Counted from the stretch's first letter, positions 39,614-48,261 are shown. The stretch: DNA of 64,000 nt from an uncultured virus (IMG/VR IMGVR_UViG_3300048919_000076) (IMGVR_UViG_3300048919_000076), one strand, 5' to 3'. Numbers and translations: made by a program. The notes: generated from the letters alone by a model not told the origin.

Positions 39614-40511
39614 AATATTTGATTTCACCTTCTGTTCTAGCTTGGCAAGCCGCTTCAAAGGAAACATTATAGGCTAGAATAATTCTCTCTTTATAGTGGG
39701 AGATTATTGCTTGCCAACTGCCATTTGCTAATTGGAAGACACCAACTCTACCTGAAGTATTATTTGTGCCCATTCTTCGATTATAAGCTTGTACTGTTAA
39801 GTCTGCCCAACGACAATTTTCCTTGAAATAACCAAGGTCAGGGTCTATTCGATCTAAAGTCATTCCTTCGGGACGTTCGCCCATGTCAGCATAGAAAGCT
39901 TCAAAAGAATCAATCCACTCCTGACAAACACCAATACCACGGTCTTGATAATAATCTTTTTCAGCATAAGACTCTAAGTAACAACGCTCTTTCATTTTCT
40001 GCCAAGAGCGATGAGTTGGAGTGCCATGCATACCGTGTTTAGTTTGCAGTTCAGAGATTTTCTCAGATTTCCAGCATCCACAGGATGAGTAATCTTGCAA
40101 GTTAGAACGTCTTGTAGAGTGTTCAGTTCCACACTCACACAGGCAATTCCAAACAGAAACTTGTTGATCATCTGAAAGCCTGTTCCACTCTTTAAACCCT
40201 AAGACTGTAAGGCGCCCAAACTTTTCACCAACAAGTTTCTCTGGAATCCATTCACCAGACTTAACCTTCTCACGGTGTTTGACGAATATCTGTCTTTTCT
40301 CACACCCGCAAGAGGTTGTATGTCCTTCCTGTTTTAAGTTAGAACCTGTTGCAACAAATTGTTGTCCACAAGCACACTGACACAACCACTTAGACTTTCT
40401 TTGCCCACTTGGTTGATAATGCCAACTATCAAAAGATAAGACTTCAACTTTACCAGTCTTAAATCCCGTATAGTCTACGAACCCTTTCGGGAATTTTATT
40501 TCTTCATTCAT
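39594..40511 (-). CDS. Free-standing HNH homing endonuclease
   Basis: Two W.C.C.CG...SCGC repeats; DMGERPEGMTLDRID....Y.KENCRWA; AP2-like tail. Confidence 0.9.
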   Translation of the reverse strand: MNEEIKFPKGFVDYTGFKTGKVEVLSFDSWHYQPSGQRKSKWLCQCACGQQFVATGSNLKQEGHTTSCGCEKRQIFVKHREKVKSGEWIPEKLVGEKFGRLTVLGFKEWNRLSDDQQVSVWNCLCECGTEHSTRRSNLQDYSSCGCWKSEKISELQTKHGMHGTPTHRSWQKMKERCYLESYAEKDYYQDRGIGVCQEWIDSFEAFYADMGERPEGMTLDRIDPDLGYFKENCRWADLTVQAYNRRMGTNNTSGRVGVFQLANGSWQAIISHYKERIILAYNVSFEAACQARTEGEIKYYGWTKE

Positions 40512-40657
40512 GTTTTAGTCTCTTATTAAACTAAGATAACTGCGTGCCTCCCGGCAAGACATGAGTATAGGAGCGTTTCACAACGTGTCCTGAATAGGTG
40601 AGGGCGTCGTCCCGACGAGCCTCGTGTTGCTGCAAGCAGCGAACTCTTTATAAATCT

Positions 40658-41041
40658 TTAAGCGTTAGCTTCGATAAACTGTCGTGTGATAAGCTGGCGG
40701 TCGCGACCTGAGATATTCTTTGTTTTACACAAGGCTCTCAATAGATCCCAGTCCATATTATCCAATGCCTCTTTAGTCCACTCTTCCCGAACAATCACAA
40801 CCTCAACACTAGGCTCTGACTTAAGAAACTCTTCAGTCTCAATATTCATTACACATGCATGAGGATAGTCATTAAAGAATCGCTCTTTCTTGTCCAAAAC
40901 ACCACCCTTCCCAGAGTATTTGATGATGTTGTCAATAAAGTTATGACCGTAATAGTCTTGGCTTGTAATCAAAAGTTTGTACTTATTCAAAATTCTTCTC
41001 TCCGTTGTTTCTTTCTTTGATGGGAGAAGTGTATCAAACAT
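40658..41041 (-). CDS. Hypothetical protein
   Basis: ORF in the late region. Confidence 0.7.
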   Translation of the reverse strand: MFDTLLPSKKETTERRILNKYKLLITSQDYYGHNFIDNIIKYSGKGGVLDKKERFFNDYPHACVMNIETEEFLKSEPSVEVVIVREEWTKEALDNMDWDLLRALCKTKNISGRDRQLITRQFIEANA

Positions 41042-41129
41042 ATTGACGTCCTGTCAACCCTTTGTGAAAATAAATAGTAAATTTATTGATAAGCACTCAA
41101 TTAAGAATGCTTATTGTAAAGTTACTTAC

Positions 41130-41474
41130 TTAACCGCCGGTAGAAGTCTCACCAATAACAGTAACCTGTATCACTGTACCATCTGGGACAGTCCTTGTGG
41201 TAGCACCAAGAGCTAGCAAGTTAGCACCTCTTAAACCATACCCACTAGCACTAGTAGTGGTCGGTGCAGTGCTCAATGTAGCCCAAGCTCTATCATAAAC
41301 GTTAGCAGCAGATAAGATTGCTGTAGCTTGTACAACAGGAGCAGTAATAAACCCTGCTGCTGTGTAGTCTACGCTCCAAGTACCACCAGTCGTTGTAGTT
41401 GTCCCAAGCCACATAACAGGACCATTCATAATCCCATTTGAGTTGTACGCCCATACAGCAACATGATCAGACAT
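41130..41474 (-). CDS. Putative virion structural protein
   Basis: Thr/Gly-rich, coupled to the fibre gene. Confidence 0.6.
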   Translation of the reverse strand: MSDHVAVWAYNSNGIMNGPVMWLGTTTTTGGTWSVDYTAAGFITAPVVQATAILSAANVYDRAWATLSTAPTTTSASGYGLRGANLLALGATTRTVPDGTVIQVTVIGETSTGG

Positions 41475-41475
41475 A

Positions 41476-43686
41476 CTAAATTACCTTGTAAGTGAAGGTG
41501 AATACATGGTCACGAGCAGCATTGGAACCAGCTTGAAACTCCATGAGTGCTCTGTCAGTTGTTGTATTAGCGGATAGAGCGCCTGATTGTGTAGTTTGAG
41601 CGCAGCTACTAACACCAATCAAATCACCTACAGCTCCAAGGTTAGATGCAACAGGGAGAGTCATTTCAATAGCTGTAGCACTACCGTTTGTTGTCGGGTC
41701 AATGTTAACGCGACCATTCACAGTAACCATTGTACCAATCTGAGTGAACATACAGACAGCAGGAGTGACAGCTTGGATGTTGCTGATGTTGGTGATTGTT
41801 GGTGTGTACGTACTGGAAGTAATCCCAAGGTTTGTACGTGCATTTGCTGCTGTACTGGCTCCAGTGCCACCATCTGCTATATCTAGGTCAGTGATACCAG
41901 TAATGCTACCACCTGTAATGGTAACGCTATTACCGTTCTGTACAGCCATTGTACCAAGACCTAGTGTAGTCCTAGCAGATGGTGCATCCACATCATCAAT
42001 CAAACTACGACCAAACACCGTCAGGGATGTTTCACCGTAAGCATCTACACCAGCAGAATAGAACAACCTATCAGCCACAGTACCGAAGGCAGAGAACTGT
42101 TGTAGTGTATTATCCCAAGCCTGTACATCCGTACCGATAACCAAACCTAAGTTTGTACGAGCACCACTTGCAGTAGAACTTCCTGTCCCACCATCAGCAA
42201 TAGTAATATCAGTGATGCCTGTTACAGAACCACCAGTAATACTTACGCTGTTACTATTCTGAGTAGCGATACTGCCTAAGCCGAGATTAGTACGTGCGTC
42301 TGAGGTAGTACTTGCTCCAGTGCCGCCATCAGCAATAGTAATATCCGTAATCCCTACTACACTACCTCCTGTGATTGCCACGTTAGCAGCATTCTGCAAT
42401 GCCATGTCACCAAGGCCCAATGTTGCACGAGTAGTGGCAGCAGAAGTGTCATCTAGGATTGTACGTGCAAAAGGAGTGAGGACTGTTTGAGCAAAGGTAT
42501 CTACACCAGTGCTATAGGTCAGTCCATCAGAGGCTGTAACTTGAGCAGCTAGAGCCGTCAGTGTAGCATCAACTGGTTGAGCACCGATAGAGGTAGTTGT
42601 GATAACCACATCACCCGTACCGCCATTGATTGTATTTACTACGTCTTGAATGGCACTTTTACTGAGCTTATTAGGGCTCAAAAGCGTTTCTAGTTTAGTT
42701 TTGATATCTGTGGCAGAGTAGACACGATCAGTGATTACATCGTCGAAAACACCGCGTTGAATCATACTAGCGAAGTATGCACTTCCAGCCGGACTACCTT
42801 TCAAAGCTACGACATCAGCTCTAATTTCAAATTGAAGTTCAACACCCGCTGATAGGATTACAGGGCTGTCTGTGAAATCGAATGTGTTATCACCCAACAC
42901 CCAAGTAAGCCCATCAGTATCCTTCTCGAATGAGGTCTTGTTTGGGATGTATTTTAAAGCAACGCCATTACTGGTTTGACTAACTTTAATCCTGACATTA
43001 GTCATTGGAGCATAAGTGCGGAACTTAATAGCGTTGGTTCTGGCATTGTTCTGCACAACGTACAAGAATGTCAGCGGATTGTCTGGGAGATTTGTACTGT
43101 CAATAGGCTGAGCACCAAATTCAAATTCAGGCTCAATCAAATGAAATACAGTAGGTTCAGAAGATGCAGCAGTACGTGGAGTATAGAAGTCCACAATCGT
43201 ATACTGACGGTCATTCAAAAGGTTGGATATACCGAGGAAACCAGCCACTTCGGACAGCTTCAGGACATCGCCGAAGGTAACAGACCCACTTTCTACTCCG
43301 AAGCCCGGAGGTGCTAGAATTGTACCATCTTCCAGAACACGCATGCCAGAACCACCAAAGGTTCCATCTAGGAGTTTGTAAGGAAGTTCACCAATAGGTA
43401 CACCAGCAAGAGAAACAACTTCACCATTCGGGCCTTGTACGACAGGTGTGATGTCTACCCATTGTCCGGCAACACGCTGCATAAACGAAGAAGTGAGTGC
43501 CGTGTCTGTGTAGATAAGTCTAACTAGAAGATCACTGTTACCATCGTAGACAGCTAAGTTAGACGGGTTACTAACAAAATAGCTATCTCGTGCAGCTTCT
43601 GCTGCTGTCCTATCCGCACCCATGAAGTCATGAGTCTGTGGACCCATACGAAGGGATTTACTAATTCGTGTGTCAGTTGCACTCAT
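41476..43686 (-). CDS. Fibre-like structural protein with internal repeats
   Basis: Three ITGGS..GITD..IADGGTG.ST...ARTNLG repeats and two T.F.R...DD..A...R.TLGLG repeats. Confidence 0.75.
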   Translation of the reverse strand: MSATDTRISKSLRMGPQTHDFMGADRTAAEAARDSYFVSNPSNLAVYDGNSDLLVRLIYTDTALTSSFMQRVAGQWVDITPVVQGPNGEVVSLAGVPIGELPYKLLDGTFGGSGMRVLEDGTILAPPGFGVESGSVTFGDVLKLSEVAGFLGISNLLNDRQYTIVDFYTPRTAASSEPTVFHLIEPEFEFGAQPIDSTNLPDNPLTFLYVVQNNARTNAIKFRTYAPMTNVRIKVSQTSNGVALKYIPNKTSFEKDTDGLTWVLGDNTFDFTDSPVILSAGVELQFEIRADVVALKGSPAGSAYFASMIQRGVFDDVITDRVYSATDIKTKLETLLSPNKLSKSAIQDVVNTINGGTGDVVITTTSIGAQPVDATLTALAAQVTASDGLTYSTGVDTFAQTVLTPFARTILDDTSAATTRATLGLGDMALQNAANVAITGGSVVGITDITIADGGTGASTTSDARTNLGLGSIATQNSNSVSITGGSVTGITDITIADGGTGSSTASGARTNLGLVIGTDVQAWDNTLQQFSAFGTVADRLFYSAGVDAYGETSLTVFGRSLIDDVDAPSARTTLGLGTMAVQNGNSVTITGGSITGITDLDIADGGTGASTAANARTNLGITSSTYTPTITNISNIQAVTPAVCMFTQIGTMVTVNGRVNIDPTTNGSATAIEMTLPVASNLGAVGDLIGVSSCAQTTQSGALSANTTTDRALMEFQAGSNAARDHVFTFTYKVI

Positions 43687-43697
43687 AGTCTATCTCC

Positions 43698-43973
43698 TTA
43701 TACAAGTTGTTGTACGGAGACGTGAGTGTTACCAATCTTTGCAGCCTTAGCCCAAACGATATCTGTTTCGTTTTCGATATACAGATACTTTAAAGGTTCA
43801 ATCACTTGACCATTTTCAGAGGAGGCTGCTGGGAGAGATGCTGCAATAATAATGCGTACAGGTTCACTTCCCTTGTTCTGAATAGAGAGGGGAGTGCCAG
43901 TAATTAGTGAGGTTGCGAGGTTTAAATTCTGATAGGCAGTGCCAGTCAGTAGAACGTCAGGCAGGGTTGCCAT
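43698..43973 (-). CDS. Hypothetical structural protein
   Basis: AGGGAG RBS before MATLPD; the longer ORF call runs into the structured RNA. Confidence 0.7.
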   Translation of the reverse strand: MATLPDVLLTGTAYQNLNLATSLITGTPLSIQNKGSEPVRIIIAASLPAASSENGQVIEPLKYLYIENETDIVWAKAAKIGNTHVSVQQLV

Positions 43974-43986
43974 CGTTATTCTCCCT

Positions 43987-44260
43987 TCAGAGATGGCTCT
44001 TTGAGCCTTATTGTTATTGTTACAAAGGGGAATATACACTTCAACTGTATGCACAGTTGTATATTGAATTTGTGTCATCAGCACCCACACTACCATGGCC
44101 TGACAAGCTCTCTGAATGCAAAGTCATTCAGCTTCTCCACTTTGATAGCTTACCTATCAGCATTTACATCAGTGATCCGCCAGAACCACGGGTTTCCGAA
44201 CTAGGCAGCTCAGAAATTCTTTTCAGTAACAACAATTCAGCACAATACCAAGCCATCTGA
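43987..44260 (-). ncRNA. Candidate structured non-coding RNA (~274 nt)
   Basis: Nested long-range helices plus three local hairpins filling an intergenic gap. Confidence 0.65.
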
Positions 44261-44328
44261 TACTGTTCAGCTTTTATGTTACTCAAACATTACATTTACA
44301 CATGAATGTTTAGTATATGTTACTTTTA

Positions 44329-44742
44329 CTACTCGTCTTCGTCAGGTTCAACAAACACCAATGACAAACGTGGCTTCATTTCAGATTTGATCTGTTCCGG
44401 AGTTTGCTCTTCACTTTCTTCGTCATCATCCGAACGCTTACCTTCCATACGGATCTTAGTCAGACTAGCTTCTTCACTTGCTGCAGCACGGTCGAGCGCT
44501 ATGATGCTGGAAACGACCCACTTCGAAGAATCTAACTGCTGAGATTCTACTTTCTCGCCTTCTACACTCTTCTTGATATTCTCAAGTGCAGTTGGTTCGA
44601 TTTCACGAAGTTTTTCGGCCGTCGCACGAAGCTTTGATTTCTGGATGCGAATTTTACTGTTCGATTTCGTGTTCCTATTCGAACGTGGTCCATCAAACCT
44701 AGTATCAGGTGATGGGTTCGGATTTGTAATTTTCTTAGCCAT
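44329..44742 (-). CDS. Possible terminase small subunit
   Basis: Basic N-terminus (PDTRFDG), helical core, acidic tail; size fits, but it is not adjacent to terL. Confidence 0.4.
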   Translation of the reverse strand: MAKKITNPNPSPDTRFDGPRSNRNTKSNSKIRIQKSKLRATAEKLREIEPTALENIKKSVEGEKVESQQLDSSKWVVSSIIALDRAAASEEASLTKIRMEGKRSDDDEESEEQTPEQIKSEMKPRLSLVFVEPDEDE

Positions 44743-44771
44743 TTTAGTACCTTACATTAAAGCAGCTTGAA

Positions 44772-47300
44772 TTATGAAACATAAAGGTCCCCCAAAGTGC
44801 TTGTAAAAAAGTTCCAAGTAGCATTAGGGTTTGTTGATCCAATAGGTGTAGCCTTCAATTGTGAAGAGGCGTCAATAGACCATGTGAACGATGGGAATGT
44901 TCCACCAGCACCAGTTAGAAGCCCAACAGCACTGACAGTTACCAATTGAGGAGCAAGAGACGTGGCTCCCTTAGCTACCTGAAGGATGTAGTGTGCTGTC
45001 TCAGAAGCATTTGCATCGACTTGTTTAACTGTAATGAACAATACACCGGAAAAGTTGGTTGCTGTACCATCTTGTGAAACACAAGTACCAACCACGTTTC
45101 CGGTGGTTGTCAGGTTCTTGGAGATTGTCTGTGATGCAGTGTTGATCCTTTTAGATGAATAGTCCCTACGTGCTGTGCTGTTCTCGTCACGATTACCCAC
45201 ACCAGTGATAAAATCATAGGAAGTTCCCAGTGGGACGTTAACGGTGTTATACCTTGCTCTTGCTCCTTTGGAACCCTCAGAGTCAGTGGAGATAGATATC
45301 CCAGATGCCCCAGCAACGCCTGAGTGTAGATAACAGCCCTCAACAATAGCCTTACCTTTGTTTACCCTAATACCAGACCCATTGAATTGGTATGCTGTTA
45401 CGTCTTTTACAACAACATCAGGAAGAAGCTCAAGACCTCCAGTGGGGGAGATGTCACCTGTGACATCTGCCACGTTGTTCAGGAATGCACTAGTAATCAT
45501 GTAGGCATTAGCCTTACTACCTACGGCAGAGCAGTTCTCAATGCTTGCATTTTGAGCGCCGTATACCGAGAACGAATGTGATCCGGAGGTGGGGTTCCTC
45601 TCTATAATATCAACACCGCGCATGACAACATGCTCGTGGTAGCCGCCAGAGGCCGCCGCGATAATAGCCACACCTGTTGCGGAGCCGGCTGCTGGTACAT
45701 CACCTACACTGAGGGCAGACGGAAGAACTTCAATATTACTGGCGATACCACACTTGTACAAACGATGAGTACCTGTGAAAGCACCAATAGTTTTGTAAGT
45801 ACCTGTGATAGCATCTTCCTTGGTTTCAGCTACTTTAATAGTGTTAGCGTCAACTACAATAGCGAAATAGTAATTGGCCCGTCCAAAACCAGTAATCGCT
45901 GTGTTGTTCTGGCGGGAGTAAATTAAAGGGTAACCTGTAGTCAATCCGTGCGCTGTCAGGGTGAGAGCATTTGCGGAAGATGTGGTAAAATCGTATTTAC
46001 CTAAAGTGTATGGCTCTATACCAATAACTTCACGCATAGTGTCGGTAGAGAACACCTGCATACTACCATGATCTACGTTCCCATATTGAAGGCCGAAGTT
46101 ACCGCCTTTCTCACAGATAAGTTTTCCATAGCAGTTAGTGGACGGTCTGTTATATGGATAAAAAGCACTAACGCCTACGGCTCCACCCAAAGCAGTGCCA
46201 TCTGAAATTACTTTCAAATCTAGGAATAGACCATCTGTATTATCTAGCAATATACCATGTTCGGCATGAGTACCAATACGAGCTACAGTGAATCCCTTCA
46301 AGGATATGTTCTTAAGTCTTGGTCCAGTGAATGGGCTTGCAAAGAACAGCTTACCAGAAGATGGAAACTTACAATAGATTACAGGTGAATAAGTGTCATC
46401 CCCTAATATATCCATTGAAGACCACGCATGTATTGTATCAGTGATCATGTACTTCTTGTTTCTTTTAAGCTTGATTGGTAAGCCCGAAGCTTCAGCTGCA
46501 AGGAAGGCTGGTGTACAATCCGTACCAATCTGGGTATCTGGGTCATAGTCACCAACTGCACCAAACAATTCAATAGGCACACGAGAGTCACCAAGTATGG
46601 AGTAAATAGTGGCTGGTGTGCCATCAAGATCAATACCGATCAAGGCTGCGCCTTTTAAATGATCGGAGTTGTTGGATAGATCTGCGATATCAGCTTTAGT
46701 AGAAAGAAGCCCTTCAGTATACACAGCACTAGCTTCAGCGGCATTAGCCGAATCCAAAGAATCCTGTGCAGATGTGGAAGCTTCAGTAGCCTTAGTGGTA
46801 GATACACCCGCAAAAGTACTAGCAGATGATGCACTATTAGCCGAGTTAGTTGCAGAGGTTTGACTTGCTACCGCTGACGTTTGAGAGGCTATTGCACTAT
46901 TGGCACTGGCGGTAGCACTGTTAGTAGAATTCGTAGCTGATATAGCAGCAGCATTCTTACTAGCCAATGCAGCAGCAGCGTTAGCTGCAACTTGAGCTAC
47001 TAAAGGATCACTCCCAGCAGTTTGCCCAACCATCAACAGAGCGTTAATAGTTGTCTCTGTTGTATCATCTGTAATTTCAATATTACCAATGCTTGTAAAT
47101 GCATGGTAATCATTTACGAATACACTTACTTTATACCAACCATTAGGAACATCAATCTCGTATTCCCCGTCAATGTCTGTCTTAAAATCTTTAGTGACAA
47201 ACATCAAGACATCGGGAGATGTATTATTAGCTGTAATCCGTACAAGTGAGTTTGAATATGGAACACCTGTAGGGGTTAGAAGAATACCTGAAAGAATCAT
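44772..47300 (-). CDS. Tail spike/fibre with putative beta-helix depolymerase domain
   Basis: Stf-like N-terminus (LSGIL..P.G.P), Ala/Ser stalk, FGAVGD...GTD.T.AF, repeating beta-strand pattern. Confidence 0.8.
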   Translation of the reverse strand: MILSGILLTPTGVPYSNSLVRITANNTSPDVLMFVTKDFKTDIDGEYEIDVPNGWYKVSVFVNDYHAFTSIGNIEITDDTTETTINALLMVGQTAGSDPLVAQVAANAAAALASKNAAAISATNSTNSATASANSAIASQTSAVASQTSATNSANSASSASTFAGVSTTKATEASTSAQDSLDSANAAEASAVYTEGLLSTKADIADLSNNSDHLKGAALIGIDLDGTPATIYSILGDSRVPIELFGAVGDYDPDTQIGTDCTPAFLAAEASGLPIKLKRNKKYMITDTIHAWSSMDILGDDTYSPVIYCKFPSSGKLFFASPFTGPRLKNISLKGFTVARIGTHAEHGILLDNTDGLFLDLKVISDGTALGGAVGVSAFYPYNRPSTNCYGKLICEKGGNFGLQYGNVDHGSMQVFSTDTMREVIGIEPYTLGKYDFTTSSANALTLTAHGLTTGYPLIYSRQNNTAITGFGRANYYFAIVVDANTIKVAETKEDAITGTYKTIGAFTGTHRLYKCGIASNIEVLPSALSVGDVPAAGSATGVAIIAAASGGYHEHVVMRGVDIIERNPTSGSHSFSVYGAQNASIENCSAVGSKANAYMITSAFLNNVADVTGDISPTGGLELLPDVVVKDVTAYQFNGSGIRVNKGKAIVEGCYLHSGVAGASGISISTDSEGSKGARARYNTVNVPLGTSYDFITGVGNRDENSTARRDYSSKRINTASQTISKNLTTTGNVVGTCVSQDGTATNFSGVLFITVKQVDANASETAHYILQVAKGATSLAPQLVTVSAVGLLTGAGGTFPSFTWSIDASSQLKATPIGSTNPNATWNFFTSTLGDLYVS

Positions 47301-47414
47301 ATTGTCCCTACTGAATGATTGTGATAAATCACATATTGTTTTAATTGAATTTTCTAAATCATTCTGGCAAGACTACTTGCAATAATATCAATGGATAACA
47401 AAATGATTAAGAAA

Positions 47415-47521
47415 ATATTCTCTTAAGCGAGGAGAGAGACACTTAAGAGAATATGAAAGACAAGCTGATAGGAGAGGATCAGTTATCTTTAAGATCCGGC
47501 ATAGAGGAGGAGAGACGCCGG
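47415..47521. ncRNA. Candidate small RNA with three hairpins sharing AGGAGAG(+)/CUCUCCU(-) loops
   Basis: Stems at 47415-47454, 47456-47490 and 47496-47521, each with the same loop motif. Confidence 0.6.
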
Positions 47522-47567
47522 GAGGAACACACCTTTCTAGAATTTGACCTTCGTGGTGTGGTGAAAC

Positions 47568-47651
47568 TGGTGCGGAACGTAAGACTCGAACTTACACGTC
47601 TTTCGACAGCAGTTTCTAAGACTGCCATGGCTACCATTACATCAGTTCCGC
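47568..47651 (-). tRNA. tRNA-Leu(TAG)
   Basis: GCGGAAC/GTTCCGC acceptor stem, encoded CCA, anticodon arm GCAGT-CTTAGAA-ACTGC, long variable arm, TTCGA. Confidence 0.95.
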
Positions 47652-47655
47652 AAAT

Positions 47656-47731
47656 TGGTCTAAGCGGCAGGGATCGAACCTGCGAGTACTCGGTTCCAAA
47701 CCGAGACGATTACCACTTTCGCTACGCTTAG
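47656..47731 (-). tRNA. tRNA-Pro(TGG)
   Basis: CTAAGCG/CGCTTAG acceptor stem, encoded CCA, anticodon arm CTCGG-TTTGGAA-CCGAG, GTTCGA. Confidence 0.95.
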
Positions 47732-47789
47732 ATAAAACTTAAAATAGATGCTCTGCTCACCTTCCCAACCCACAGACACTTCGGGAAGC

Positions 47790-47838
47790 TACGCGACCTA
47801 ATAAGGTTTCGACTTATTACAAAGTCTCATCAGGCGTA
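47790..47838 (-). ncRNA. Type I hammerhead ribozyme
   Basis: UACGC CUGAUGA GACUU-uguaau-AAGUC GAAA CCU-uauu-AGG UC^GCGUA; full core, all three stems and a GUC triplet. Confidence 0.9.
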
Positions 47839-47964
47839 TTAAATAAGTGTGTCTGACTGGATACCTACTTGCAGAGCGGTGGTATCGTACGCTCGTAAAT
47901 TAATGCTGGTGTTGTTTATCTCGTCTTTATCACGAGGTGGCAGAATCCAGCAACTGCGCATTCT

Positions 47965-48225
47965 TTAACAAGTGATCTGAACAGGACTTTGAAAGTCTGT
48001 CAACTTCCACTGTTTGAAGTAGTCTGAAGGATACACCCGAGTAGGTATGTCACCAACCCCTACGAATACTTCTTTGTTACAATCAGGTGTACGCACTGGC
48101 GTGACTTTATCAAACACAAGCTTCAAATGATCTTTAATAATCAACCATTGTTTTTCAGAGATGGTGTCTGTGTCGGATAGTTCTATGAAGCCTTGGAGCC
48201 AATATGTGAAGCTTTCAGAATTCAT
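47965..48225 (-). CDS. Hypothetical protein
   Basis: GGAG RBS; F.YWLQGF.E...QW..IKDHL.LVF.KVTP. Confidence 0.8.
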   Translation of the reverse strand: MNSESFTYWLQGFIELSDTDTISEKQWLIIKDHLKLVFDKVTPVRTPDCNKEVFVGVGDIPTRVYPSDYFKQWKLTDFQSPVQITC

Positions 48226-48261
48226 GGTTTTCTCCGCCCAGTTCTCGACTGGATATACTTG

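Noticed and set aside
41820..42480. Tandem repeats as a CRISPR array or DGR template
   Set aside because: They are in-frame protein repeats with synonymous divergence; no spacers, reverse transcriptase or cas genes are present.
44075..44081. CUGAUGA inside the 274-nt RNA as a second hammerhead
   Set aside because: No stem II followed by GAAA, and no matching stems I/III.
43974..44096. N-terminal extension of ORF 43698-44096
   Set aside because: A good RBS precedes ATG 43973, and the extension lies within the structured RNA.
47453..47731. 92-aa plus-strand ORF
   Set aside because: It is the reverse complement of the two tRNAs.
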